Assembly (NCBI GenBank): GCA_035285545.1
Contig: JAYKGY010000022.1
Location: forward strand, 16,245-80,244
DNA: 64,000 nt
From: Snowella sp.
GTDB lineage: Bacteria; Cyanobacteriota; Cyanobacteriia; Cyanobacteriales; Microcystaceae
Direction: 5' to 3'
Made by a program: the position numbers and the translations under genes
Notes under the pieces: generated by a model
What the model was told of the DNA's origin: nothing
Seen by the model: the letters and a program-made list of their open reading frames with translations, nothing else
Databases searched by the model: none
Shown here: positions 20,950 through 31,752 of the stretch, piece by piece
How positions within the stretch are numbered: the first letter of the stretch is position 1
Layout of the letters: the number at the start of each line of letters is the position of its first letter

Positions 20950-22478
20950 CAAGCGGGGATGAAATATTGGGAAAGAGTAAAAGCATCCACGCCTAATTCA
21001 GTGCGTTCTTTCGCGGCAAGTAATCCTGCTTGGGCGTGCCAATAGGCGGCTACTGCAACTGATTGCACCAAAGGCTGAAAATGATTTGATTGTTGCGCCA
21101 GAATTCCGCCCATTAATCCTGTTAACACATCCCCACTACCTCCCCTTGCTAAAGCGGGTGTACTGTTAGGAATTAACCAAATTTGACCTTCGGGTGACGC
21201 GATCGCGGTTCTGGCTCCTTTAAATAAAACCGTTGCTTGATGTTGCGTTGCTGCTTGTTGAACTGCTTGGATACGGTCGTGATTGGGATTAATAATCTGG
21301 GGAAATAAACGTCTAAATTCTCCTAAATGGGGTGTTAAAATCGTCGATTGCTCTCGTTGATTTAAATAATTAGTCCCCAGTTGTGCTAAAGCGTTCAATC
21401 CATCCGCATCCAAAATCAGGGGAACGGGAGCCGTTAACACTTGTTCAATAATAGGTAATGCGTCTAGGGTTAGCCCTGGGCCAGCAGCAATCACATCATA
21501 CTTTGCAAAATCTTGAGCAAGATCCGGTAATTCCGCGATCGCGCCGGTTTCGGTTTCAGGACATTCAAGAATTAAGGCTTCAGGTAAATGGCTGACTAAT
21601 AAGGGTTTTAAGGATTCGGGAACCGCAATCGACAGCATTCCCACACCACTGGCTCTCGCACCTAAACCCGTTAAAATGGCTCCGCCTGCATAGCGTCTTG
21701 ATCCACAAATTAGCAATAAGTGACCCTGTTGATATTTATGGGTTAACACAGGGCGGGGTAAGGGCAGCGATCGCTGAAATAGGTCGGGAGTAACCAATTG
21801 AATAAGACTAGCGGGATCTAAGACTTCATTCACAATAGAGGCTGGAATCCCAAAATCAATTCTGTCTACTTTGCCTAAATAGGGTAAAGCTTGATCTTGA
21901 AAATAGGCTAATTTCCACAATCCTAAACATAAGCTATGGGTCGCTTGAACCGCGATTCCTAAGACTTCCCCCGTATCCGTATGAATGCCCGACGGTATAT
22001 CAATGCTGACAATAGAGCGCGATCGCTGATTAATGAATTGAATCGCCTCTGCCACCCTGCCTGATAAGGGACGAGTTAAACCAAAACCAAACAAACCATC
22101 AATCAAAAAATCGCAAGATTCCAATTGCTCAATATCTCGCGTTATGACGATTCCCAAAAACTGAGCATAGCGAAAATGCTGATGGGGCAATTCTTTAAGC
22201 TTGTCAAAAGGAGAATAAATGAGAACCTGATAACCCTGTAAAAATAATTCTCTGGCAATCACTAGGGCATCGCCCCCATTATGGCCAGGCCCGACTAAAA
22301 CCCCAACGTTAGGAAATTGAGCCAACGGATAAAGCTCTTGAATGCGAGCCGACATTAACAAAGCCGCCTTTTCCATCAAAGCCGCAACAGGCATTCCCTC
22401 AGCAAACATTCGCTCCTCAATTTGCCGCATCTGTTGGGTGTTAACGACAATAGCAGACAAAGATTGATGATTTACCAT
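20940..22478 (-). CDS. nnr: Bifunctional NAD(P)H-hydrate epimerase/dehydratase (YjeF)
   Basis: GPGHNGGDA, DGLFGFGL, IDIPSG, LDADGLN, TPHLGEF, GGSGDVLTG. Confidence 0.95.
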   Translation of the reverse strand: MVNHQSLSAIVVNTQQMRQIEERMFAEGMPVAALMEKAALLMSARIQELYPLAQFPNVGVLVGPGHNGGDALVIARELFLQGYQVLIYSPFDKLKELPHQHFRYAQFLGIVITRDIEQLESCDFLIDGLFGFGLTRPLSGRVAEAIQFINQRSRSIVSIDIPSGIHTDTGEVLGIAVQATHSLCLGLWKLAYFQDQALPYLGKVDRIDFGIPASIVNEVLDPASLIQLVTPDLFQRSLPLPRPVLTHKYQQGHLLLICGSRRYAGGAILTGLGARASGVGMLSIAVPESLKPLLVSHLPEALILECPETETGAIAELPDLAQDFAKYDVIAAGPGLTLDALPIIEQVLTAPVPLILDADGLNALAQLGTNYLNQREQSTILTPHLGEFRRLFPQIINPNHDRIQAVQQAATQHQATVLFKGARTAIASPEGQIWLIPNSTPALARGGSGDVLTGLMGGILAQQSNHFQPLVQSVAVAAYWHAQAGLLAAKERTELGVDAFTLSQYFIPACQS

Positions 22479-22554
22479 GCTAAAAAATCGGTATATTATT
22501 AACTAATTTTAATCGTTTTAATAGGATAATTTTAATCAAAATCCATTAATTAAT

Positions 22555-23064
22555 ATGCTAGATTTGACAATACGAGATGCTATTTCTGAAGATTTAGCCC
22601 AGATTGTTAGTATTTATAACGCTAACGTTCCCAGCTATCTTGCCACAGCCGACACAGAGCCGATTTCTGTTGCAAGTCGTATTGATTGGTTTTCTAAGCA
22701 TTCGCCTCAGCAATATCCCCTCTGGGTTGTCGAAAATGCTGATCAAAAAGTCATTGCCTGGTTAGGATTTCAACAATTTTATGGCCGTCCCGCCTACCAA
22801 AAAACAGCAGAATTAAGTATTTATATTGATCCCAATTTTCAACGTCAAGGAATTGGCAAAATATTACTATCAAAAGCAATTCAGGAAAGCCAAAATTTAA
22901 ATTTAAAAACCTTACTCGGCTTTATTTTTGCCCATAATAAACCCAGTTTAAAACTTTTTACCAATTACGGTTTTGAACAGTGGGGATATTTGCCCCAAGT
23001 AGCAGAACTTGAAGGGATTGAACGGGATTTAATCATTATGGGTAGAAAAATTGTGAGAGACTAA
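22555..23064 (+). CDS. GNAT N-acetyltransferase (YncA/phosphinothricin acetyltransferase-like)
   Basis: GRPAYQKTAELSIY, QRQGIG, HNKPSLKLF..GF. Confidence 0.9.
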   Translation: MLDLTIRDAISEDLAQIVSIYNANVPSYLATADTEPISVASRIDWFSKHSPQQYPLWVVENADQKVIAWLGFQQFYGRPAYQKTAELSIYIDPNFQRQGIGKILLSKAIQESQNLNLKTLLGFIFAHNKPSLKLFTNYGFEQWGYLPQVAELEGIERDLIIMGRKIVRD

Positions 23065-23313
23065 TTAAGTTATTTACAAGAATTTTCTAGCACTACTAAA
23101 AAATACTTAATTCTATTTTGCTAACATGCGTAATTTAGAACTAAAGAAAAAGGTGGTCAGACTATATTAAAAATTGCTTATTTCCAAAAGCTTTGTCAAT
23201 CAATTCCAACCAAGTTTCACGTAAATTTCACATAAATTTATTGATCAAAATCACTATTTTGATGTTTGCAAAAATCTTGAAATGTATTGAGCTTACTTTT
23301 TATAAGCTAACTT

Positions 23314-23754
23314 TTAAAGTGGTTTGTAAACAACGGCATGATCTGAAGAGCGATTACTAACAATTAATAGATCCTGTTTACATAGTTGATTTAAAGTGTC
23401 CTTTACTGCTTGAGGATCGGCTCCCGTTTCTACAACACACTCAGTAACTGTTGCCCCCTCTAATTTAGTAGAGCAAATTTTGAGAATAGCAACATCAAGA
23501 CGTTCACCTGATGAGTTAAAAGACGGGATAAAATTATTTTGAGTACCTCGTAGCCCATTGTATTTAGCTGCAAATGCCTGATCGGACATTGAAATTAATT
23601 TAACAAAATCAACAACTCCCAAGATCATAGGGATATATGTCCAGAAAAAAGCAAGATAAAGAACCCCTTTAGTATTTTGTCCAAGATAAAATTGATGAAT
23701 TCCAAAAGTACCTAGAAATAAAGCTAATAAAGCTGCAACAGTTCGATTTTTCAT
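23314..23754 (-). CDS. TM2/NINE domain protein with C-terminal winged-helix-like region
   Basis: KNRTVAALLALFLGTFGIHQFYLG TM2 signature. Confidence 0.85.
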   Translation of the reverse strand: MKNRTVAALLALFLGTFGIHQFYLGQNTKGVLYLAFFWTYIPMILGVVDFVKLISMSDQAFAAKYNGLRGTQNNFIPSFNSSGERLDVAILKICSTKLEGATVTECVVETGADPQAVKDTLNQLCKQDLLIVSNRSSDHAVVYKPL

Positions 23755-24201
23755 AAAATTAGTTCCTTTGAATATGCACTCTTAGATTTTTGTAGTTTAC
23801 AAAGCTTATGCAAAAGTCATAATGTAGGGAGTTAAGTTGCTAAGAAAGACAATCATCCAGCAAATAAAGCTTAAGTTGACAAAAAATGAATTTTCGAGTT
23901 TTAGTCTAAATTTTTGGTTATTGATATATATAACAGGTTATTAGAAAATTATTGTAACGAGGGAAGAAACTCATAATAATAGAACAATAGTTCCAAACTA
24001 TAATCTAGTCTTAATGGCTTTCCAAAAACTTAATGAATTTAAGATCAAGAAAACAGTTAAGCATGAAATGATTGTAATAAAGTTCACTTGTATTGTCAAT
24101 CATTGAAAATATAATTCCATGCCAATTCTAAACCATTTGTAAATGTTGATCTACTCTGAGGAAGGGTTTCGAGCCTCTGAAGAACACAAACATTCAATAT
24201 T

Positions 24202-24563
24202 GGGAGCATCTCACCCTTGCAATGAGTAAAGATACTCAGGAGAAAAAAAGGGGGAAGTAAAGCAAAATAGAGAGGTGGTCAACCGACAAAAGAAGATGAC
24301 CCAAAAAGAGCAGCAAGAAATGCAAGAATATATCCAGACTATCTTAAAGATACGCTATGAAAATACGCCTCAAGAACAAATTCAAACCTTTGAATCCATC
24401 GAAACGATGGAGAGGGAGGAGGTGTTAACGAAAGTAACACTTAAAAGTAGAGGATTTTTTTGAATGGAGCAGAAGAGAAAAAAGCAGTAGGACAGGAAAA
24501 ATTTAACGCTGTATAGGAACAGTCAGAATCAGCGATCTCCGGGCCAAACACCTAGAAGTAAGT
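24202..24563 (+). mobile_element. Degenerate ISKra4-family IS, left end and transposase 5' remnant
   Basis: End-like GGGAGCATCTCACCCTTGCAA at 24202; ORF MTQKEQQEMQEYIQTILKIRYENTP.EQIQTFESIE..REEVL; shifted frame continues FF...RTGKI*RCIGTVRISD..AKHLEV. Confidence 0.75.
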
Positions 24564-24654
24564 CAAAGTAAATGTTAAGATATTTTATCCGTTTATTAAT
24601 TCATTATCTGAGATTTTAATAAGTACCTATTCCTGACTTATTCATGGATTGATT

Positions 24655-24869
24655 CAGCAACACGTGAAATTTTTTTTAGTGTGGCCTAAACGTTGAGTTG
24701 TAGAGCGAAAATTTGGATGGTTTAACGATTGGCGAAGTTTAAGCAAAGATCATGAAATGTTGCCTGAAACTTCTGAAGCCTTCATCGATATCGGTATGAC
24801 TCGTCTGATGTTACGCCGCCGACTAGCATAAATGTACTATCCTATCTATGATCCTTTTCAAACGTCCTC
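24655..24869 (+). mobile_element. Degenerate IS5-family (IS1031-like) right end with transposase C-terminal remnant
   Basis: PKR*VVERKFGWFNDWRSLSKDHEMLPETSEAFIDIGMTRLMLRRRLA* (W->stop at 24694) and terminal CTTTTCAAACGTCCTC at 24854-24869. Confidence 0.85.
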
Positions 24870-24889
24870 TCATTTATTTTCTCCCCATC

Positions 24890-25600
24890 ATGTCTCAAAA
24901 AGACTTCGTTGCCGCTACAGAAGTACAAGCAATTTTCGACCGCATCGCGCCAGTGTATGACCAACTCAACAGTTGGTTAAGTTTTGGCCAGCATCGGGTT
25001 TGGAAATTAATGACGGTGAAATGGTGTGAACCTCAAGCGGGCCAAAAAGCCTTGGATGTTTGCTGTGGGAGTGGGGATCTGACTCAACTGTTGGCGCGAC
25101 AGATCGGCTCGACGGGGCAAGTCATTGGTTTAGATTTTTCTGAAAATTTATTGGCGATCGCGGCGGAACGAGCTAATCAAATTTTCCCCGCATTACCGAT
25201 AACGTGGCAAGTTGGGGATGCCCTTAATTTACCCTTTGAAAATGACACTTTTGATTGTGCTACGATGGGATATGGACTCCGAAATGTGACGGATATTCCC
25301 CGTGCGCTGTCCGAATTACAACGGGTTTTAAAAACGGGGGGCAAGGTCGCTATTCTTGACTTTCATCATCCCACCCAGGGCTGGATGCAACAGTTTCAAC
25401 GCTGGTATCTACAAACCGTCGTTGTCCCAACTGCTAACTATTTTCAAGTCACCGACGAGTATGCCTATATTTACCCCAGTTTAGAGCGGTTTCCCAATGG
25501 CAAAACCCAGGTGAAATTAGCCCAACAAGTCGGTTTTTCCCATGCGGTTCATTACGCGATCGCTGGGGGATTAATGGGAGTTTTAGTCGCTCAGAAATAA
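24890..25600 (+). CDS. menG: Demethylphylloquinol/menaquinol methyltransferase (UbiE/MenG)
   Basis: FDRIAPVYDQLN..LSFGQH..WK, LDVCCGSGD, GYGLRNV; likely ATG at 24890. Confidence 0.93.
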   Translation: MSQKDFVAATEVQAIFDRIAPVYDQLNSWLSFGQHRVWKLMTVKWCEPQAGQKALDVCCGSGDLTQLLARQIGSTGQVIGLDFSENLLAIAAERANQIFPALPITWQVGDALNLPFENDTFDCATMGYGLRNVTDIPRALSELQRVLKTGGKVAILDFHHPTQGWMQQFQRWYLQTVVVPTANYFQVTDEYAYIYPSLERFPNGKTQVKLAQQVGFSHAVHYAIAGGLMGVLVAQK

Positions 25601-25688
25601 TCATCAAGAGATTTTTAATTACAGAGCAAGGTAACGCAGTTAAAAAGAAACCTCTTAACGCTCGGAAATATTCATTTTTAACTAACCT

Positions 25689-26927
25689 ATGGACTTGTCA
25701 ACCCTATTGCCTTTAGTTGTTCCCCCAGTAGCAGGAGCAATTATTGGCTACTTTACCAATGATATTGCCATTCAGATGCTATTCCGTCCCTACAAAGCTC
25801 TCTTTATTGGTAAATATCAACTCCCCTTTACCCCAGGTTTAATTCCCCGCAATCAAGAACGATTAGCCGGTCGGGTTTCCGATACGATTATGGGGTCGTT
25901 ATTAACCCCTGAAGAACTGCAAAGATTAGCAAAAAAATTATTACAAACCGAGCGAGTAGAAGCCGCATTAAGTTGGTTATTGAATTCAGCTTTAAAACAA
26001 ATTCGTAGTGATAAAGAACAAAAAAGCGCAAAAATTTTAGCCAATATTTTAAGAGATCTTTTTAGTGAATCCTTACCTCGATTATTAAAAATATTTTCCC
26101 GACGAGAAGACTTTTTAGAATCTCAAATTAATCAGATTTTTGAACAGGTTTTATTGGATTTTCAACTATCCGAACTCCAAGCCCGCCAGTTTGTCGATTG
26201 GTTATTAGAAAGCGTTTTACCGCCTGATGTTTTACGGTTAACCTTAATTGATTTCCTCACAGACCGTAATATTCAAGTCATTGATGAAGGGTTTCGAGAA
26301 AAAACCAGTGGAACCTATTGGGTGGTGGCCAACTTATTTGGTGTTCGTAATACCTTAATTCGTTTACGAAGTTTTTGCATTGAAGAAAAAGAAATCGCCA
26401 ATACTCGTCTGAAAGAATTAATTCTATCCTTAGAAATTCGGAGCCGTTTACGTAATTGGTTACATAATTTATCCTTACAAAATTTACCCCTATCTACCGT
26501 TCGACAACTGAGAAAGACAACCGGAGAAGCTGTTCGATCCTATATTCGAGATAGTGGGGCTAATTTCCTAGAAAATCTGGGAGAATCCATTGATTGGGAT
26601 AGTCTAGCGACTTTAATTATTAATCGCTTACAAAATTCCTCCGCTTTTACAGGTTCATTAGGCGTTGTTAGCCAAGAGTTGGCTTTAATTTTAGAGCGAT
26701 ACTTAGAAGAGGATTTAGAAAAATTGGTACAAACGATTATTCCCATTCTTTCGATTGATCAAGTTATTATTGCTCGGATTAAAAATACTTCTCCGGCTGA
26801 ATTAGAAGCCGCTATTCAGGGAATTGTTAAAAGCGAACTGCAAGCCATTGTCAATTTAGGGGGTTTTTTAGGTTTCTTTGTTGGATTGTTACAAACGATC
26901 TTCTTTGTTTATACCCATTCGGTGTAA
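25689..26927 (+). CDS. DUF445 family membrane protein
   Basis: [39 protein letters not shown]. Confidence 0.9.
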   Translation: MDLSTLLPLVVPPVAGAIIGYFTNDIAIQMLFRPYKALFIGKYQLPFTPGLIPRNQERLAGRVSDTIMGSLLTPEELQRLAKKLLQTERVEAALSWLLNSALKQIRSDKEQKSAKILANILRDLFSESLPRLLKIFSRREDFLESQINQIFEQVLLDFQLSELQARQFVDWLLESVLPPDVLRLTLIDFLTDRNIQVIDEGFREKTSGTYWVVANLFGVRNTLIRLRSFCIEEKEIANTRLKELILSLEIRSRLRNWLHNLSLQNLPLSTVRQLRKTTGEAVRSYIRDSGANFLENLGESIDWDSLATLIINRLQNSSAFTGSLGVVSQELALILERYLEEDLEKLVQTIIPILSIDQVIIARIKNTSPAELEAAIQGIVKSELQAIVNLGGFLGFFVGLLQTIFFVYTHSV

Positions 26928-26989
26928 ATTAAAAGTTAACCATTTTTCAATCTTAAATCAACTTTATTAATCTATTCAGTAATTGAATT

Positions 26990-27247
26990 ATGCCTCACCC
27001 CATGATGTACCAGGAAGATATGTTTGTGGTTCTCGAAAGTGATCAACCCGAACAATTTTTAACCCCTGATGAATTATTTGAAAAGCTCAAAAGTATTTTA
27101 GATAATTATACTGAGGATTTACCCAGAGAATTAACGAAATTTTCTACTTTAGAAGAAAAAGCTCTCCATTTACGCGATAGTTTTTGTGAATTAAGTCTGG
27201 GAGAAAATACTTATTTACAATGGTATGTAGTACGACTGGAAAAGTAA
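26990..27247 (+). CDS. crr7: Chlororespiratory reduction protein 7 (NDH-1 assembly)
   Basis: MYQED.FVVLE..QPEQFLT..EL, LQWYVVRLEK. Confidence 0.88.
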   Translation: MPHPMMYQEDMFVVLESDQPEQFLTPDELFEKLKSILDNYTEDLPRELTKFSTLEEKALHLRDSFCELSLGENTYLQWYVVRLEK

Positions 27248-27261
27248 AACTGATTAAAGTA

Positions 27262-29025
27262 TTAAATCTCAACAATCTTGTCTACTAATATCCACTCACC
27301 TTGAAGATTTAATCGACCTAAAACCGAGATTTTTTGCTGATTTTTTAAGGTTAATAATTGCTCATTTACTTCAGGTCTTTCCGTAATTAATTGCCAAGTA
27401 TTGCCATTTTTGAGAGTTAAATAATCCGCATAAAAATGGTAGTCTTGATCCCCTATTTTTTCAAAGGTTCCTGTGAATAATTTGGTATATCGAGGTTGAT
27501 AATCCATCGCTGAACAGGGGCAATTTCCCGCCAAGGGATAATCTTGAGGATGGTCTAAATAGTAGCGTTGCCAAGTTAGCCAATCGGGATGATCGGGCGG
27601 TAAGTTGTAGCAAGGAATGATCCCAGACGGGGCTAAGGGATCGGTTAATAGGGCTTCCTGTAGGGTTCTGACGGGTAAATCCTGGGGCTGGCAATTTAAT
27701 TCAATGCATAATGCGGCAGCCATTCCAGCAGCTTGTCCAATATTCATTACCACGGGTTGTAAGCGGGTACTGCCATTGGCGATGTGGGATACAGAAATAT
27801 TTTTTTCACAGACTAAAAAGCCTTCTACCTGTTCAGGAACTAATGCGTGATAGGGAATGGTGAAGGGGGTTCCTGTCCACCGTCCTCCCCAGCGTCGGGA
27901 TTTTGGGGCAAGCGGGAAGTCGAAGCCTGGATAGTGATGATCATTTGCATAATTGCCGATCGCGATCGCGCTGACTTGATCTTTGCCCATTGGTAGCGGT
28001 GCGACCAGACCACCGGATTGGGGTAAAATATCCTGCTCAATAATGGTCACTTTTCCCTTTAAACGCCGGCTTTCTCGGTAATAGGGGTGTAGGGCAAAGG
28101 CAGAATGATAGGGGGCTTGTTGCGGAAAAATATTTTCGGCTAATCCAATATTTTTACCCGTTTCCTGTTGGAGAAAATAGGCAAAATTGTAACTATGTTC
28201 GTAGGCTTCTTGTAAAAATGCGTGTTTTTCTTCCTGAGAGCCAAGAATCCGATTAATATTAACCCCGTAATCGTTGCCTGCGATCGGCCAGTTGATCATG
28301 AATTGGTTATTCGGTAATCGTCCGTAATTGAGAAACGTTTCAACCCCATAGTTTTTCCAAGTTCCCTCAAAGCAGGAAGGGTCATAACTGGGTAGCGGCG
28401 TTAACGGTGGAGCCGGTTGATTCCCGTAATCTTGGGCGATAAATACCCAGGTGGGTGACTGGACAGGATATTTTTCAGTTATCGAATTAGCGGATTCGGG
28501 CGCACTCGGTTCTCCAAATTCCTCCTGCCATTCCCAACCCCAACGATGGGGAATTTCGCCTAGTGCCAATAAATCGCCTAATTCTGTGCCATCCAACGTG
28601 ATTTTTGCGGTAATTTGATAATCCTGAAACCTGACTCCTAGAATGCGATCGCCTTGACGCATGACTTCTAACGGGATTTGTCCTGAAATCCAGTTTAAAT
28701 TGGGCAATTCCTTCACCCAATTGGCAAAAATTTCTGCCCCAATGCGGGGATCATAGGTAAACAAACTGACCCAACTATGGTCTAAGCCACCTGATTGTTT
28801 TTGTTGTAAAGCTTTTAGATAGGCTCCCCAAAATCCTGTTTGCCAAGCCGCTAATTCATTACCATCGGGTGCAGCAACTCCCGCAACGGTCAGCATTCCG
28901 CCTAACCACTCAAACTCACTGACTAAAATTGTTGAAACCCCTCGACGAGCGGCTTGAATCGCGGCGGCTGTTCCTCCTGTGCCTCCCCCGACAATCAGCA
29001 AATCCGTTGTTAGTTGAGTCACCAT
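27262..29025 (-). CDS. FAD-dependent oxidoreductase
   Basis: IVGGGTGGTAAAIQAARRG, PYYRESRRL, KNISVSHIANGSTRLQP. Confidence 0.9.
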   Translation of the reverse strand: MVTQLTTDLLIVGGGTGGTAAAIQAARRGVSTILVSEFEWLGGMLTVAGVAAPDGNELAAWQTGFWGAYLKALQQKQSGGLDHSWVSLFTYDPRIGAEIFANWVKELPNLNWISGQIPLEVMRQGDRILGVRFQDYQITAKITLDGTELGDLLALGEIPHRWGWEWQEEFGEPSAPESANSITEKYPVQSPTWVFIAQDYGNQPAPPLTPLPSYDPSCFEGTWKNYGVETFLNYGRLPNNQFMINWPIAGNDYGVNINRILGSQEEKHAFLQEAYEHSYNFAYFLQQETGKNIGLAENIFPQQAPYHSAFALHPYYRESRRLKGKVTIIEQDILPQSGGLVAPLPMGKDQVSAIAIGNYANDHHYPGFDFPLAPKSRRWGGRWTGTPFTIPYHALVPEQVEGFLVCEKNISVSHIANGSTRLQPVVMNIGQAAGMAAALCIELNCQPQDLPVRTLQEALLTDPLAPSGIIPCYNLPPDHPDWLTWQRYYLDHPQDYPLAGNCPCSAMDYQPRYTKLFTGTFEKIGDQDYHFYADYLTLKNGNTWQLITERPEVNEQLLTLKNQQKISVLGRLNLQGEWILVDKIVEI

Positions 29026-29055
29026 GAATTTTCCTGGGTCGCTAAAAGTTAAAAA

Positions 29056-30546
29056 TTAAAAGTTAAAAAGTAATTTTAACCGCTTCCGTGCCCAAACAAC
29101 GATATTACTTTCTTCTTCTTCTTCAGTGAGTAATCCTCGCTCAGATAATTCTTGTTTACGTTGGGTTAATTCTTCTTGATGCTTGTGCAAATCATCACAA
29201 ATGGCTTCACTAATATGGGGATTTGTCTGGAGTAATTTTCTAAAATTGTAATGTTTGATGGCAAAAAGTAAGGTGTCTTGTTTAGCTTTGACAGTGGCAG
29301 TACGAGGAATTCCTAATACTAATGCTAACTCTCCAAAAAAACTGCCGGTTTCTAAGATGGCTAAGGTTTTACCTAATTTTTCTGTGACAACTTCTACTGT
29401 GCCGGAGAGAACAATATAAAACGCATCTCCCTGATCATTTTCTCGAAACAAAATTTCTTCCGCTTTTAATTTTTGTAATTGCCCAATTTCAATCAAATGG
29501 CGAATTTCGATCTCATTTAAATTTTGAAAGTAGCTAACAGATTTTAAAATATCTTTTACGGATAAAAGTTGTTTTTCTTTTTGGGGAGAATTGAACTCAA
29601 TCTCTTTATTACTGGGTAGTTCTGCTAACGCTTGAGTCCGCGATCGCGAGGGAGTTATTGGGTTAAAATACTGTCCCAAAACTTCGGGGTTTCTAATCCA
29701 GAGATCCCGTTGAGGAAAGGCAATCGTAATCTGATTTAAACGAAAATAGTATTCAATCAAAAATCGGACAGAACTTAAAATATTAGGCTTAATGGGAACA
29801 TGCTCTGCTTTAATCCAAATCCACAATTCAAAATTAAGCGCATTATCGCCAAAATCATTAAAAATAACTTGAGCAGGCGGATCTTTTAAGACATACAAAT
29901 CGTTGTAAGCGGCATGAAGTAAAGTTTCTGTCACCAAAACGGGATCACTTTCATAGGCAACACCAACAAAAAGGCTTAGGCGAATAACATTCGTATCATA
30001 ATGATAGTTAATGATTTGATTCTCTGCTAATTTGTTACTCGGAAGAATCACAGATGAACCATTTCGTAATTTTAAAATCACCGTTCGGATAGAAATTTCT
30101 TCAATCGTTCCTTCAAATTCATCGAACTGAATATAATTTCCAATTTTAATTTTCCGCTCAAGTAAAATTGTTAAACCACTAATAAAATTTCTTGTCAAAT
30201 CTTGTAAACCTAAACCAATCCCAATCCCTAAGCCTCCTCCAACAAAAGCTAAAACCGAAAGATTAAATCCAGTGGATTGTAAAACAATAATAAAAAATAA
30301 TGTTCCGAGACTATAACTAACAATATTAGAAATAATATTACGAACCCCTTTTTCGAGGATAACTTTAGCAAGGATCTTTTTATTGAGTAGTTTATTAAAA
30401 TAATAAGTAAGGATTAAAACTAATAATAAATAAATGATAATCTGAAAAATAGAAATTAATGAAAGGCTAGTTTCTCCAAAAGAAAAGTTAATAGAATAAA
30501 TAAAGTTGTAAATATCAATTAAAATTTGCTTGATGTTTATTGTCAT
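29056..30546 (-). CDS. MscS-family mechanosensitive channel with C-terminal cyclic-nucleotide-binding domain
   Basis: GGGLGIGIGLGLQDLTRNFISG, AFPQRDL; cNMP domain FFGELALVLGIPRTATV. Confidence 0.9.
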   Translation of the reverse strand: MTINIKQILIDIYNFIYSINFSFGETSLSLISIFQIIIYLLLVLILTYYFNKLLNKKILAKVILEKGVRNIISNIVSYSLGTLFFIIVLQSTGFNLSVLAFVGGGLGIGIGLGLQDLTRNFISGLTILLERKIKIGNYIQFDEFEGTIEEISIRTVILKLRNGSSVILPSNKLAENQIINYHYDTNVIRLSLFVGVAYESDPVLVTETLLHAAYNDLYVLKDPPAQVIFNDFGDNALNFELWIWIKAEHVPIKPNILSSVRFLIEYYFRLNQITIAFPQRDLWIRNPEVLGQYFNPITPSRSRTQALAELPSNKEIEFNSPQKEKQLLSVKDILKSVSYFQNLNEIEIRHLIEIGQLQKLKAEEILFRENDQGDAFYIVLSGTVEVVTEKLGKTLAILETGSFFGELALVLGIPRTATVKAKQDTLLFAIKHYNFRKLLQTNPHISEAICDDLHKHQEELTQRKQELSERGLLTEEEEESNIVVWARKRLKLLFNF

Positions 30547-30577
30547 AATTTAAAAAAAATCATCCTCTTATTCTAAG

Positions 30578-30807
30578 TACAGGACAAAAAATGTAGGGGG
30601 TCGAGAAAAAAAGAAAAATTGGAACGCATCCGTTCTTGACGGTTAGAATTTCCCAAAGTCAGTAAAAATAAGGCAAGGAAAGAGAATTTTACCCTAGCCC
30701 ATCCCCAATAACGTTTTAGGGATTATTTCAGGGCGATATAGGGATTTATCGGGGTTCCCTTCTATGAAAACCTTTCTTTGACTGATTTTCAAGACTTTTG
30801 CCCTGTA
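30578..30807. mobile_element. Possible non-autonomous element (MITE-like)
   Basis: TACAGGACAAAA at left and TTTTGCCCTGTA at right form an 11/12 inverted pair around about 205 bp without a listed ORF. Confidence 0.4.
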
Positions 30808-30820
30808 TTCAGATTTTATT

Positions 30821-30919
30821 TATAAGTACCTCGGCAAAATTATTTACACATAGCGATCCTTGTATAGCAAGGCTTCTAGGCTTGTCTAGTAGGTAATTTA
30901 TTTTGCATGACTACTTATA
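30821..30919. mobile_element. MITE-like element with long imperfect TIRs
   Basis: TATAAGTACCTCGGCAAAATTATTTAC ... GTAATTTATTTTGCATGACTACTTATA; TA-flanked, 99 bp. Confidence 0.65.
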
Positions 30920-30991
30920 GAATATTTCAAGAATTTGTCACTGGAAGTCACCGAAATATTAACAAAAGAATGGTTTGACAGTTTCAAAAAC

Positions 30992-31627
30992 TTACTTTGC
31001 AAGCTGGACTGCACTGGGACTTGAGCTATCAATCGGGGTAGGTTGTTCTCCAGATTCACCATCTAACATTCCAAGACGATCAAAGGGCCAAAAACGGAAC
31101 AGCGCACGACCGATCAGTTTATCTTTCGGAACAAATCCCCAATAATGGGAATCATAGCTATTGTTGCGATTATCACCTAAAACCAAATATTGATTTTCAG
31201 GCACTTTAACTGGGCCGTAATCATAATTCGGTTCTTGGGCAATGTAATCTTCTGAGAGTTTGCCCCCATTGACGTAAACTGTGCCGTTAGAAACTTGTAC
31301 CGTATCGCCGGGTAAACCAATCACTCGTTTAATAAATGCTTCCTTAAAATTGCGTTGTTTTAACGCTTCCGTGGGGTCAAAAACGACAATATCACCCCGT
31401 TGAGGTTCGCGGACATGATAGGTCACTTTTTCAATAATTAATCGGTCATTAATTTGTAGCGTCGGTTCCATCGAGGAAGAAGGAATATAACGAGCTTCAG
31501 CCACAAATGTCCGAATACCGATTGCTAAAATAATCGCCGTGCCCAAGGTTTTAGCTGTTTCTAGCCAAGGATTCTCTGGTTTAGGTTGAGGGGTTGTAGC
31601 TGGCTCTTGATCCAAACTTCGCGTCAT
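30992..31627 (-). CDS. lepB: Signal peptidase I
   Basis: IPSSSMEPTL, FIKRVIGLPGD, GDNRNNSYDSH. Confidence 0.96.
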   Translation of the reverse strand: MTRSLDQEPATTPQPKPENPWLETAKTLGTAIILAIGIRTFVAEARYIPSSSMEPTLQINDRLIIEKVTYHVREPQRGDIVVFDPTEALKQRNFKEAFIKRVIGLPGDTVQVSNGTVYVNGGKLSEDYIAQEPNYDYGPVKVPENQYLVLGDNRNNSYDSHYWGFVPKDKLIGRALFRFWPFDRLGMLDGESGEQPTPIDSSSPSAVQLAK

Positions 31628-31752
31628 AGAAAACTACCGAAAAAAGAAGGGTTGATGCTAGATGATGTCGAGATTAAAAATCGTATCTTTTCTAGTTTAG
31701 CGAATAGAAGACAGTGGGATAATAAATATGTTCTATAACCCATGAGGAGATT

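Noticed and set aside
24275..24463. 62-aa ORF as a genuine small protein
   Set aside because: It is the decayed N-terminus of an ISKra4 transposase
24848..24889. N-terminal extension of MenG in the ORF track
   Set aside because: This ATG lies in the IS5 relic end; family similarity starts near ATG 24890
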